Positions 1 through 12,527 of a stretch of 38,580 nt of DNA are shown in pieces. The stretch is from NCBI RefSeq assembly GCF_006345805.1, contig NW_021833130.1, forward strand, positions 1 to 38,580, given 5' to 3'. The notes beneath the pieces were generated by a model. The model ran no database searches. It saw nothing but the letters and a program-made list of their open reading frames with translations, and had not been told where the DNA came from. Both the position numbers and the translations under genes were made by a program. Every line of letters starts with the position of its first letter. Within the stretch, counting starts at the first letter, position 1. Source of the stretch: Octopus sinensis (Eukaryota).

Positions 1-107
1 AAGAAGAAGAAAGAAGAAGAAGAAAGAAGAAGGAGAAAAAGAAGGAGAAGGAGAAAAAGAAGAAGAAGAAGAAGAAGAAGAAGAAGAAGAAGAAGAAGAA
101 GAAGAAG

Positions 108-137
<30 letters not shown>
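1..137 (+). repeat. (GAA)n microsatellite, runs off window start
   Basis: Direct GAA run with a few GGA/AAA interruptions. Confidence 0.98.
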
Positions 138-138
<1 letters not shown>

Positions 139-597
139 GGGGTGAAGAAGAAGAAGAGTGGGGTGAAGGAGGAGCATCAGGAAGAACAGGAGGCGGCAGT
201 CGTGTCTAAAAGATTGTCAAAATTAACTTGTTAAATAATGATGATTAATGTTCTTGACGTCGAGTGCCGAAGGCGGCGGGGACAGTACAAAGACGACTTA
301 AAGCAAATAAGAACAACAACATAAACCTGAGAGATTTACATTGACTGAAATTCTTCAATAATAATAAAGGGACATAAATAAATAAGTTACTATAAATAGT
401 AATATCAATTATGGTAGTCTCTCGAATCCGAGAAAATCGGTTGTGCAATTTCTTGCATGAACAACCTGCACAGATTATTCGTTTATTGTGATCAAACTAT
501 AAAATAATGATTAAAAACGCTATCACTATAAAATTGTGCTTCACATAAGCTCATTCCGTCCATTAAATCGATATTGCCTACATAGGGGCACGGTGTG

Positions 598-740
598 CCA
601 TACGTGAGGTGCCGAAGTTATTGCAGAGCAACGTAAGATGAAATGTTTTGCTCAAGAACGCAACACACGGCTCGAGAATCGAACCCACGATCTTGAAATC
701 ATGAGTGCAACACTCTAACCACTAGGCCACGCGTCCTCAC
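598..740 (-). mobile_element. tRNA-derived SINE head (family D, CORE-like), diverged
   Basis: Reverse complement reads GAGGACGCGTGGCCTAGTGGTTAGAG (A box) ... GGGTTCGATTCTC (B box), then TTCTTGAGCAAAACATTTCATCTTACGTTGCTC as in the copy at 25583. Confidence 0.8.
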
Positions 741-886
741 GTAATAACAATATAGAGCAACAAAATACCCCGGTCAATAGAGAAAGCAGGATAAACTAAT
801 CAACCGTAGTCTGGGACTTTAGACAGCAGTGTGGTTGGTGAGACAATTTCGTCGTCATCGTCGACGGTATTGCAGAGACAGCAAGT

Positions 887-1085
887 GGAGGCGCAATGGC
901 ACAGTGGTTAGGGCAGCGGACTCGCGGTCGGAGGATCGCGGTTTCGCTTCCCAGACCGGGCGTTGTGTGTGCTTATTGAGCGAAAACACATAAAGCTCCA
1001 CAAGGCTCCGGCGGGGGGGGGGGCGACGCATGTTGTACTCTTTCGCCCCAACTTTCTCTCACTCTTTCTTCCTGATTCTTGTCCC
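887..1085 (+). mobile_element. tRNA-derived SINE (family S)
   Basis: GGAGGCGCAATGGCACAGTGGTTAGG (A box) ... GGTTTCGCTTCC (B box); second copy inverted at 10657-10844. Confidence 0.85.
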
Positions 1086-1459
1086 GACTTCCTACGCAAC
1101 CGCGGAGCCTGGATGCCCTCAAAAAACTGTCTGTATTTAAAGTGGCCCGCAATCTAATTCGAGTTGGCCAGGCCTGCTCTAAATAAATCCCTCCACAAGG
1201 CAGCAGAGCTTTATAAATCGTAGTGAGCACGGTTTGTACAAAGCTAATCCCATTCACTTCTTTCAAACATGTATTGGTCTGTGATGCAACATGTGCAACG
1301 AGACCAATAGTTATCAGGATGCATGAGCAGCTAAAGAGCTGAAGAGCTTCTGCCTTTAGCCAGTTGGAGTGTGTGTGAGAGGCCTTCTTCTGGAAGCAAT
1401 ACCGTGACGTGATAGTTGGGTTAGTTAGTATAATGTATTTTTAAAAGAAATCTCTCGTC

Positions 1460-1628
1460 TTTTATTTTTTACTTGTTTCGAGCTTTGGAATGCGGCATTG
1501 CTGGAGCACCACCTTGAAGGGTTTAGTCGAACAAATCGTTTGCAGTACTTATGTTTTAAGCCTCTCCTTATTCTATCGGTCTCTTTTGTTGAACAGTTAG
1601 GTTACTGGGACGTAAAAACGCCAACACC
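1460..1628 (-). mobile_element. SINE family A, 3' fragment, diverged
   Basis: Matches the TTTTACTTGTTTC..GCTGGAGCACC..TTAGTCGA..ATTCTATCGGTCTCTTTTG tail of full copies. Confidence 0.8.
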
Positions 1629-1729
1629 CAAAGGATTCGTAAGACCACGAAATGGATTAACCTTCCTTGATTTAGTCTACGAAACCGATTCTAACAGTAA
1701 TAGAAAAGGAGGGAGAAAGAGAGAACGGA

Positions 1730-1735
1730 GAAGAA

Positions 1736-1782
<47 letters not shown>

Positions 1783-1870
1783 AGAAGAAGAAGAAGAAGA
1801 AGAAGAAGAAGAAGAAGAAGAAGAAGAAGAAGAAGAAGAAGAAGAAGAAGAAGAAGAAGAAGAAGAAGAA
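1730..1870 (+). repeat. (GAA)n microsatellite
   Basis: Direct run. Confidence 0.98.
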
Positions 1871-1957
1871 AACGACGGCGACGAAGAGACACAATTGCAG
1901 GATATGGAGATTGTTTATCGACCCTGAATGGAAGAAAGACAGAATCGGCCTAAGTAG

Positions 1958-2040
1958 GATTTGATCTCAGAACACAGGGAGCCGAAACAAATAGCACAAA
2001 ACATTCTATCCCAAGCTCTGACCACTCTACCAATACACCA
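1958..2040 (-). mobile_element. SINE family G-type head fragment
   Basis: GGATTTGATCTCAGAACAC..GAGCCGAAACAAATA resembles GAATTTGAACTCAGA..GAGCCGG of other G copies. Confidence 0.5.
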
Positions 2041-2043
2041 TTT

Positions 2044-2108
2044 TTACTACTGCTACTACTACTGCTACTACTACTGCTACTTCTGCTGCTGCTGCTGCTA
2101 CTACTACA

Positions 2109-2141
<33 letters not shown>

Positions 2142-2302
2142 GCTACTGCTGTTGCTGCTGTTACTGTTACGTTTTTATCATCATCGTCTCCCTCATTATC
2201 TCCTTTATATTTATTTCGCCTACCGCAGTTCCGATTACTACTACCACTACCACCACAACCACATCCTCATCATCATCATCATCATCATCGTCGTCGTCAC
2301 CA
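2044..2302 (+). repeat. Compound trinucleotide repeats (TAC/TGC/CAC/CAT/CGT)
   Basis: Direct runs separated by a short spacer. Confidence 0.95.
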
Positions 2303-2512
2303 TCAGTATCTACTTCCTCCTGTACTTATATGTGTGTGTGTCATCACCTCTTCAACTGCTCCAAGAACGTACAACAAACAGCTTTACTCTTGTCTCCTCT
2401 CTAATGACCTCTCGAACTACAGCTAAAGGGCATGACCTTCACAAATTCCCATTTTCTTTCTCATATATGTTCATAACTGTACGCATGCGTGTACATTTTA
2501 TTTATGTATGCG

Positions 2513-2541
2513 TTATATATATATATTTATATATACGCATA

Positions 2542-2576
<35 letters not shown>

Positions 2577-2578
2577 TT

Positions 2579-2611
<33 letters not shown>

Positions 2612-2730
2612 GATATATCCCTCATCCCCTCCTCCCCTTCCTTCTCCCCCATCCTCTCCTCTTCCCCCTTCTCCTCCCCCTCTTCTTCCCTCCCCTTCTC
2701 TCCCCTCCTCTTCTTCCCTCCCCCTCTTCT
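2513..2730 (+). repeat. (TA)n followed by polypyrimidine CT-rich tract
   Basis: Direct composition. Confidence 0.95.
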
Positions 2731-2775
2731 CACTACACCACATGACTTTACACATCACATCACACATGATGTGCC

Positions 2776-3113
2776 ATACTAATACACACACCAACTAATA
2801 CATACTATACGTACTAATACATACTAGTACATACTAATACTTACACCAACCCTATACATACACACGTCCAGACCCCGCATACGCACTTATACTCTCTCAT
2901 ACACACACACACACACCTAACATACCAATACGTACTAATACATACTAATACATACTAATACATACACCAACCCCATACATACGCACGTCCAGACCAATCC
3001 TACGCACTAATACTTCCTCATACACACAACACACCCACACACACACCCTTATACATACTAATACATACACCAACCCTATACATACACACATCCAGACCCC
3101 TCCCACGCACTAT
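2776..3113 (+). repeat. Degenerate ~115-120 bp minisatellite (about 3 units)
   Basis: ACACCAACCCTATACATACACACGTCCAGACC..ACGCACT recurs three times, with internal ACTAATACAT sub-repeats. Confidence 0.8.
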
Positions 3114-3209
3114 TAGCTGGTCCCTCACCCTTTTATCAACCCTATTATCTCCCCTTATTCGCTCTCTCGGTCCATGTTTGATCTTTGACCTCTGGCCGAA
3201 ATCAGATCG

Positions 3210-3418
3210 CCATGTTGATTCGTTAGCTACTGCACGCATTTTTTTTCTCTCCTTCTTTCTGTGTTTTTTCTCTCTCGGTTTATCTTTCTGTTGAAGAGCG
3301 TAGGCTCGAAACGTTAAAGACTTGTTTTATTTATATTTCCTGAGCGCCATACTAATACAATTGTTCGTTTGTGTTTCCACCTGCCTTCGTTTTTTTTTAT
3401 TTTCATAAAGCTTCCCGT
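3210..3418 (+). mobile_element. Short HHR-bearing repeat (family B1), putative non-autonomous PLE-related element
   Basis: Homologous to 37525-37720 (-) and 10310-10404 (-); contains hammerhead motif; no ORF. Confidence 0.75.
3283..3320 (+). ncRNA. Minimal type-I hammerhead ribozyme motif, A6U core variant
   Basis: TCTTT-CTGTTGA-A-GAGC-GTAG-GCTC-GAAA-CG-TT-AAAGA: 5-bp stem I, 4-bp stem II, palindromic ACGT stem III. Confidence 0.7.
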
Positions 3419-3423
3419 TATAT

Positions 3424-3473
<50 letters not shown>

Positions 3474-3657
3474 GTGTGTGTATATATTATATATTACATA
3501 TACATACGCATATATATATACATACTCTTACATATCTATATCTATATACGTACATGCATTCATACATACATACATACATACAAATAAGCATACATACATA
3601 CATACATACATACATACATACATACATACATACATACATACATACATACATACATGC
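3419..3657 (+). repeat. (TA)n/(TACA)n compound microsatellite
   Basis: Direct runs. Confidence 0.97.
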
Positions 3658-3691
3658 ATAAATTGTATATTAAATAACCATATATTTAGTA

Positions 3692-4927
3692 AATAAACGC
3701 CGAGATCCAGAGATGCTGGCAGCCAAACCATCACCCTTTCACTTTGTATGCTGTTAGACCCTAGTAATGTTTAGATGGCCCTAACAGCGTGGGGCGGGAA
3801 GCGTTGTCATACATGAATACAAGATTCCTTTGATGTGACAGCAGTATGACATCTAGTCAGGGATTCAAGACCTCCTTCAGGAGATTGCAGTAGGCGGCTG
3901 AGGTCACGTTAACCTCTTCAGGTACCCTTACTGGGCCAACAATTCTGTCCCCAATGATACCAGCCCACAACATGACTCCTTCACCTTGTCGTTGACGGTG
4001 TAAACGTAAGTGACGCTCATCTCCAAAATAGACCCAAACGTTTGCCCAACCGTAAGGTCCGTCAGGAGTCGCCCTGGTTTCGTCAGTGAACAGAACACAA
4101 CTCATGTTTATCGTCATGCATTTTGGGGCCCATTGAAGCCTCAAACTCCTGTGACTGGGCATCAAAGGGGGCAGCTTCATGGGTTTTCGCACAGAAGCAA
4201 TGGTCCCGAGGATGCGATTTCTGGTGATTTTTGGTACATGAGGAAGTCTGGAAGCGGTAAAAATGGCTTTGCTCGTTTACTCTTTTACTCTTTTACTTGA
4301 TTCAGTCATTTGACTACGGCCATGCTGGAGCACCGCCTTTAATCGAGCAACTCGACCCCGGGACTTATTCTTTTGTAAGCCCAGTACTTATTCTATCGGT
4401 CTTTTTTGCCGAACCGCTAGGTAACGGGGACATAAACACACCAGCATCAGTTGTCAAGCAATGCTAGGGGGACAAACACAGACACACAAGCACACACACG
4501 CATATATATATATATACATATATACGACGGGCTTCTTTCAGTTTCCGTCTACCAAATCCACTCACAAGGCTTTGGTCGACCCGAGGCTATAGTAGAAGAC
4601 ACTTGCCCAAGGTGCCACGCAGTGGGACTGAACCCGGAACCATGTGGTTGGTAAACAAGCTACTTACTACACAGCCACTCCTGCCAATCGTTTGTTCAAG
4701 TTTCCCACGTAACTTGCAGTCAATATTCCTTAAATCCCTAGCTGTCACAGTCTTGGGGGTCCCACAATCAGATCGTTTCTTCCTTAGTGAAGGGCCCTTC
4801 AGGAATTGTCTAACCGTGTCCATATGAAGACGTAATATCTCCACAATGACATGAAGAGAGGTGCCTTTAGCACTTCCCTTGAAGGTGACAGACTTTTGTT
4901 CATCATTAAGGCCTTTCCACGACCCAT
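3692..4927 (-). pseudogene. Tc1-family DDE transposase remnant interrupted by a SINE
   Basis: ATG at 4927 (MGRGKAL), HTH-like RKKRSDCGTPKTVTARDLR, then LFTDETR, VMLWAGI, FMYDNA and VWLPASLDL (WPxxSPDL-like); frameshifts and stops. Confidence 0.9.
4279..4687 (-). mobile_element. SINE family A, full length, internal (TA)n
   Basis: tRNA-like head GCAGGAGTGGCTGTGTAGTAAG..GGTTCAGTCCC; (GAGTAAAA)n tail; flanked by TCGTTT repeats at 4273-4278 and 4688-4693. Confidence 0.92.
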
Positions 4928-5326
4928 TGTTCTTAGAGAGAGGAGATGCTATTAGCGTGTTTCACCCCAAAACCGAAGAATCTGAAATAAGAAAAGAAGG
5001 ACATTACACAGAATAAGAAAACATAACCATTGTGTAGCCATGGTGTGCATACCAGCTGGGAAAAGTTTTATCAAAATCGATTCACAGAAAACCGAGAAAT
5101 CCTAAATTTCGCTCCTAAGCTGTTAGTGTGGTTCTGGGTGTATATAAACATTATCAACCACTTATACTTAACGCATATGCTTCGTGTATTTGCCGATAAG
5201 CTACTCCTGGCGTGGCGGAGAATACTCTCTCAAAGCGCCAAGTGTAAAAACACCTTACCGTCATAGACAGGCGAGATAACTCACCTTCAATCCCATCTAG
5301 GACTGATGAACATCGATGTTTCACCA

Positions 5327-5327
<1 letters not shown>

Positions 5328-5419
<92 letters not shown>

Positions 5420-5432
5420 ATATATATATATA
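5328..5432 (+). repeat. (CA)n(TA)n microsatellite
   Basis: Direct runs. Confidence 0.97.
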
Positions 5433-5565
5433 TCCTATTTCGAAATTTAACTTACTACTTCTATGCATTTTTAAAACACAGCTTAACGAAAGAGTTTACA
5501 AAAAAACAAGCACCATAGACTCCAAGAACTGAAGAATATTTGACTAGAAATTTTTAAACCTTCAG

Positions 5566-5700
5566 CCAGTTACTTTGACGAGGATTCCAGTTAATCCGTG
5601 GGATTAATATGTACTCTGCAGAAACGTATACCCTTAACGTAATCCCCAGGAAGATTCAATGTGGCACAGAATGTGACAAGGTTGACCCTTCGAAATACAG
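5566..5700 (+). mobile_element. Interspersed repeat family F fragment
   Basis: TACCCTTAACG..CACAGAATGTGACAAGGTTGACCCTT.GAAATA shared with 10473-10655. Confidence 0.7.
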
Positions 5701-5706
5701 TGGGGG

Positions 5707-5839
5707 GTGCCAGCTGAATGTACTAGTGTAACGTGAAATAAAATGTCTTGCTCAAGGACATAACGCGCAGCCGGGAATCGAACTCACGACCTTACGATCA
5801 TGAGCCGAGTATACTCACCACTCAACCACGCATCTTCAC
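5707..5839 (-). mobile_element. SINE family D head
   Basis: Reverse complement GTGAAGATGCGTGGTTGAGTGG..GAGTTCGATTCCCGG..CCTTGAGCAAGACATTTTATTTCACG. Confidence 0.8.
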
Positions 5840-6642
5840 CTGTAGGGCTCAACTCTGCGGAGCTGATACAGAAGGCATTTGCAGAATGCTCTATTCCACA
5901 GTTATTTCCAAGACCCGAATTAAAATTTTTAAAGAGAATTTTACTGTCGTGTCATCCTGTATACATAACCATAAATAGATATGTTTGTTTGGGTTTAGTA
6001 TGAATATATGTGTATGCTTGGTTTTATTAATGTACATACGTGAATAATTTTTTATTATGGGAAATACGGCTAAGTTCCATTTGACTTTTATTAAGGATTT
6101 TGTATTTACTCCTTATTTCTTTATCACTTGTTTGGAACACTAGCCTCCCATTTATGAAGACGTTTCATGACCAATCCAGGTTTATCTTCAGTATGAAATG
6201 ATTTTAGTGGTGGTTGTTATTGCAGCGTTTTATCTTTTTTTTCCTTTCTTTAGACGGCAATTATAGGAACGCTGAATGATTTGAAACAGATATATTATGT
6301 TTACCGACATTAAACACAGCAATAAAATAAAATTATCAATGAAGTAGGTTGTTTTGGGAAACTGGAGGGAGGGGTTCTTTACCTAATGATAAAACTGTCT
6401 GGATCTTGGGAGATTTACTCTTCCAAACAAAATATAAAGAATTAATGAGGAAATGTGAAATATAAAATAAAAAACAGGTTATGTTGAAACTGAGTCACAA
6501 TCATGCGTTTTATTAAAAGTGGCGCCCTATAACAAATATATACGTGTTTATACACTAAAACTAACGAAACATACAAAGGATCTTCTATTCGATTGCGCGA
6601 TATTTACTACTATATCTACTTGTTTACTATATTTACTTAGTA

Positions 6643-6857
6643 GCATTTCATCTGCCTTCATGTTCTGATCCACCAGGTAGACTTTTCCTTTTATCCTATC
6701 GGGGTCGATAAATTAAGTGCCATCAAATACTGGGATTGATGTGATCGACTTACCGCCACCCTGCAAATTTCAGGCCTTGTTCATATAGTAGAAGGGATTA
6801 TTATCATCCGCCGAGGTCGACTTTACCTTCCATCCTTTTGGGGTCGATAAATTAAGG
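6643..6857 (+). mobile_element. Two SINE family G fragments
   Basis: GTCGACTTT.CCTT.CATCCT.TCGGGGTCGATAAATTAAG core present twice. Confidence 0.75.
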
Positions 6858-6897
6858 ATTCTTCTTCTTCTTCTTCTTATTATTATTATTATTATTA

Positions 6898-7057
6898 GGG
6901 CGTAGGAATGGCTATGTGGTAAGTAACTTGCTTACCAACCATATGGTTCCGGGTTCAGTCCCACTGCGTGGCACCTTGGGCAAGTGTCTTCTACTATAGC
7001 CTCGGGCCGACCAAACCCTTCTGACTGGATCTGGCAGACGGAAACTCAAAGAAGCCC

Positions 7058-7102
<45 letters not shown>

Positions 7103-7359
7103 ATATACATATATATATATATATATACATATATATACGTGTGTATGTTTGTGTGTGTGTTTGTCCCACACTAACATCGCCTGACAACCGATGCTGGTGT
7201 GTTTACGTCCCCGTAACTTAGCGGTTCGGCAAAAGATACCGATAGAACATCTACTAGGCTTACAAAGAATAAGTCCTGGGGTCGATTTGCTCGACTAAAA
7301 GGCGGTGCTCCAGCATGGCCACAGTCAAATGACTAAAACAAGTAAAAGAGTAAAAGAGT
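6898..7359 (+). mobile_element. SINE family A, full length, inside a (TAT)n tract
   Basis: Head GGCGTAGGAATGGCTATGTGGTAAG, internal (TA)n(TG)n, tail AGTAAAAGAGTAAAAGAG; TAT repeats on both sides. Confidence 0.92.
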
Positions 7360-7377
7360 ATTATTATTATTATTGAG

Positions 7378-7928
7378 TGAGAGAGCAGTTCATGCCATCA
7401 AAGTGACACTGGGGTAAAATATACGAAGCCCAATATACCCATCATGACTACCCGTCTGATAAAGGTACACCAGGCACATGCATCACAACCATATGTGCGC
7501 GACATGGTGATCTCATATCAAGATAAACAGCACATGACCTTACAGGTGGGGCCCAGTTAGAATTTTCTTCTCAGGTTGATAGCCCATCCCGCTCAACGGT
7601 CCCTGAATAAGGGTTGTTTAAGGATGTTGAAGAACCACCCATGTTTCCAGAGGTGAACTATTCAAACCCCAAAGAATCCCTCTCAACACATGGCTATGAT
7701 GCTCCCCCACTACTTCTGCTCGTGATCAGAGATGCACATATCGTCAGCCACTAAGGGACATGCTCAGCTGGTTAAGGTCAAACAACTGACAAGCAAATCT
7801 GTGGTATTGAGCGGAATATTTGCTGTAGCCCATCTTTTATACCAAGACAAAACAATGTACATGATAACACTTCCAATCAGTTAAGATCAGAAGCCAAGAG
7901 AGCCACTGCCTGGTACTGCATCAGGGCA
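7378..7928. mobile_element. ~550-bp interspersed repeat (family E), class unassigned
   Basis: Discrete higher-GC block bounded by (ATT)n on both sides; I recall it as a recurrent octopus repeat, but it is single-copy here. Confidence 0.5.
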
Positions 7929-8595
7929 TTATTATTATTATTATCATTATTATTATTATTAATGAAATAGCACCAGTGCGTGTGTTTCTCATTGGCAAAC
8001 CGACTCTCCCAAAACACAACAATTGCAATCAACAGGCAAGCAAATGTAGAGAAGCAAATCCCATTGGACTGATGGTGGGTGTGGGTGATGGAAGGAGGAG
8101 AGACGATTTTGTTGGAAGTGCCTGAAGGGAGGTGACACGTGACCACCCCATGCCAGCAGAGGTCACTTGTAGACGAGATACAAAATCGAAAAAGGTAGAG
8201 AGAGATAAACAGCACAACTGCCGGCCAGACGGTGGCGTGCTGGTCAGTGATTGCATTCAGCCAATATGTACACACCAGACCATTATGTGCATACAGATAC
8301 ACAAGCACGCACAGACACACATTGATAGCAATCCATGCACGCACACACAAACACACACAACCACAAACACACACAGTCGCACATACACACACACAATCGT
8401 ACGCGCCCGCACACAGACACACTCACACAGTTATTATCAGAATGGTTTCGCATTGACCATGAGCTAAATAGATCAGAGTTTACGTTGATAAACTAACAGA
8501 AGCGATCGATTTCCAGAAATATCTAGAAATTTGGCTTTGATTTCGATGAAAAATGACCTAATTCCAATAAGTTTCCCTCTTTACTCATATTTCAA

Positions 8596-8690
8596 CTACT
8601 ACTACCACCACCACCACCACCATCACTAATGGACACGCCACCAATACCACCATTACCACCATTACCACCACCATATCCACAACCAACAGC
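8596..8690 (+). repeat. Degenerate (ACT/ACC)n repeat
   Basis: Direct run. Confidence 0.85.
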
Positions 8691-9075
8691 ATCACCTACA
8701 GTATCATTTCCACATGCGAGAGTTCGTGTATGCATCCACAATTTGCTAGAAATAGCAACCAAATATTACTCAAAGAACACTCAAACAAATTTAAAACATT
8801 AGATTGGTTTATATGAGATAATATTTATAAGAAAAAACCCCAATTATTCTGATATTCTAATTATTCTGTACGGATTGTCTGACTAAAAAGCTGAAACAGC
8901 GAAAAGCACTTACATCAAAACTTCCTTCCATCAGGTCTGTGTTAAGGTATTTTTGAACGATTTATAATGTGCACGCGCGCGTGTGCGTGTGTAATATATC
9001 TTAATTCAAAAACATCTTTTTTCAAATATTACGAATTGAAACTTTGATATATATAGAGAGAGAGGAGAGGATATA

Positions 9076-9490
9076 GGCGCAGGAGTAGCTGTGTGGTAAG
9101 AAGCTTGCTCGGATTCAGTTCCACTGCGTGGCACCTTGGGTAAATGTCTTCTACTATAACCACGGGTCGACCAAAACCTTGTGAGTGGATTTGGTAGATG
9201 GAAACTGAAAGAAGCCCGTCGTATATATATATATATATATATATATGTTGTGTGTGTGTGTGGTGTGTGTGTGTGTGTGTGTCTGTATGTGTGTCTGTCT
9301 GTGTTTTCCCCCAACCGTCGCTTGACAACCGATGTTAGTGTGTTTATGTCCCTGTAACCTAGCGGTTCGGCAAAAGAGAGGATAGAATAAATACCAAGCT
9401 TACAAAGAATAATTCATGGGGTCGATTTCTTCGACTAAAATGCGGTGCTCCAGCATAGCCGCAGTCACATAACTAAAACAAAAAGAAGTA
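9076..9490 (+). mobile_element. SINE family A with small head deletion
   Basis: GGCGCAGGAGTAGCTGTGTGGTAAG..internal (TA)n(TG)n..GCGGTGCTCCAGCATAGCCGCAGTCA. Confidence 0.9.
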
Positions 9491-9498
9491 TATATATG

Positions 9499-9538
<40 letters not shown>

Positions 9539-9539
<1 letters not shown>

Positions 9540-9800
9540 CTATATATATAAAACTGAGAATGAGTGTCTGTCTGTCTGTCTGTCTGTGTGTTTCCCTAAA
9601 ACTTGAGAACTACACAACCAATTTCATTCAAATTTTACAAATGCCTTACTTAGGGTCCATGTAGTGTCATGGGCAAAAAAATTTCTAACTTCTTGCCTAG
9701 GGCGAGCTCACAGCAATATCATATATTCTCTACTATTTCAGTCTTACGTGTTAAAAGTGAAACAAAAACATCTCTCTATTGTATGTATACGGATGTATAT
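9539..9800 (+). mobile_element. Helitron-like non-autonomous element, 5' portion
   Basis: A|TCTATATATATAAAACTGAGAATG followed by (GTCT)n, a layout typical of animal Helitron 5' ends; 9707-9796 recurs inverted at 10154-10247. Confidence 0.55.
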
Positions 9801-10061
9801 ATATATATAGCTGTATATGTATACATGTATATGTATAGCTGTATATGTCACTGTGTCTTTATGTGTTAATGTTGGTCCTTTTTCTTTGATCCAAAGATTT
9901 GATCCGAATTTTCCTTCCCTGCAAAGTAAGAAACAAAATATTTCAGAACGTAAATGATTATCATTTATAACTGGGAAAATTTTCAATCATTTTTATCAAA
10001 AATTTCACATGAAATAAAGAAAAGCGCATTACTTTTTGACTCGCCCTTGTATATATATATG

Positions 10062-10103
<42 letters not shown>

Positions 10104-10118
10104 CTATATCTATATATA

Positions 10119-10153
<35 letters not shown>

Positions 10154-10158
<5 letters not shown>

Positions 10159-10247
10159 CATATACATACAATAGAGAGATCTTTTTGTTTCACTTTTAAC
10201 ACACACGTAAGACTGAAACAGTAGAGAAGATATGATATTGCTGTGGG
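10154..10247 (-). repeat. Inverted copy of 9707-9796
   Basis: Reverse complement aligns at roughly 90% identity by eye. Confidence 0.9.
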
Positions 10248-10305
<58 letters not shown>

Positions 10306-10309
10306 ATAT

Positions 10310-10404
10310 ATATAAGGGAAAGTTTACGAAAATGAACAAAAGACGAAGGCAGTGGAGTACAAACAAACAAATGTATTAGTATAGCGCTCAGGAATAGAAA
10401 AAGT
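10310..10404 (-). mobile_element. Family B1 3' fragment lacking the hammerhead
   Basis: Matches the B1 tail (TTCCTGAGCG.TATACTAATACAT..CTTCGTCTTTTG); homology stops at AAAAAGT (10404). Confidence 0.8.
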
Positions 10405-10472
10405 GGAGTGCTTAGTTTCTTGCACTTTAATTTCAATTTAATTTAATTTAATTATATATATATATATATATA

Positions 10473-10655
10473 TCATGGTACTCCGTCGGTTACGACGACG
10501 AGGGTTCCAGTTGATCAACGGAATAGCCTGCTCGTGAAATTAAAGTGCAAGAAACTAAGCACTCCAAAGACACGTGTACCCTTAATGCATTTCTCTGGGA
10601 GACTCAGCTTGACACAGAATGTGACAATGCTGACCCTTTGAAATATAGGTACAAT
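10473..10655 (+). mobile_element. Interspersed repeat family F
   Basis: GGTACTCCGTCGGTTACGACGACGAGGGTTCCAGTTGATC..GTACCCTTAA..GACACAGAATGTGAC; partial copy at 5566. Confidence 0.7.
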
Positions 10656-10656
10656 A

Positions 10657-10841
10657 GAAACAGGGAGAAAGAGTGAAAGTTGTGGTGAAAGAGTAGAGTA
10701 GGGTTCGACACCACCCTCTGCCGGAACCTTGTGGAGCTTAACATGTTTTCGCTCAATAAACACTCACAACGCCCACCCTGGGAGTCGAAACTGCGATCTT
10801 ATGATCGGGAGTCCGCTGCTCTAACCACTGGCTCATTGCGT

Positions 10842-10844
<3 letters not shown>
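10657..10844 (-). mobile_element. SINE family S
   Basis: Reverse complement of 887-1085 (GAGACGCAATGAGCCAGTGGTTAGAGCAGCGGACTC..). Confidence 0.85.
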
Positions 10845-12215
<1,371 letters not shown>

Positions 12216-12315
12216 TAAAAACAACATTTTTCGAACAGAGAAATGAGACATATATATATATACACACACACATACACCAATCACACAATCACACACACAC
12301 ACACACACACATACA

Positions 12316-12444
12316 CGACTGACTTCATTCAGTTTCCGTCCACCAAATTCACTCAAAATGCTTTGGTCGTCTCGGGTAACAGCAGAAGACACTTGCACAA
12401 GATGCCACTAGGCGGGACTAAACCCAGAATCATATGGTAGGGAA
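12316..12444 (-). mobile_element. SINE family A, head half, diverged
   Basis: CAGTTTCCGTCCACCAAATTCACTCA..GAAGACACTTGCACAAGATGCCAC. Confidence 0.75.
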
Positions 12445-12496
12445 GCAAATGTTCCTTTATTAGCTTCAGCCCCAAAGCTGCTGCCATGCTGGAGCA

Positions 12497-12527
<31 letters not shown>

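Noticed and set aside
1498-2794. Poly-R, poly-F, poly-Y and poly-S ORFs
   Set aside because: Trinucleotide and dinucleotide repeat translations.
5300-5325. CTGATGA followed by palindrome AACATCGATGTT as a possible hammerhead
   Set aside because: No GAAA after the hairpin and no stem I partner.
7960-8300. Higher-GC unique block with minus-strand ORFs (..RLQVTSAGMGWSRVTSLQALP..)
   Set aside because: No convincing acceptor/donor pair and no recognisable domain; left unassigned.
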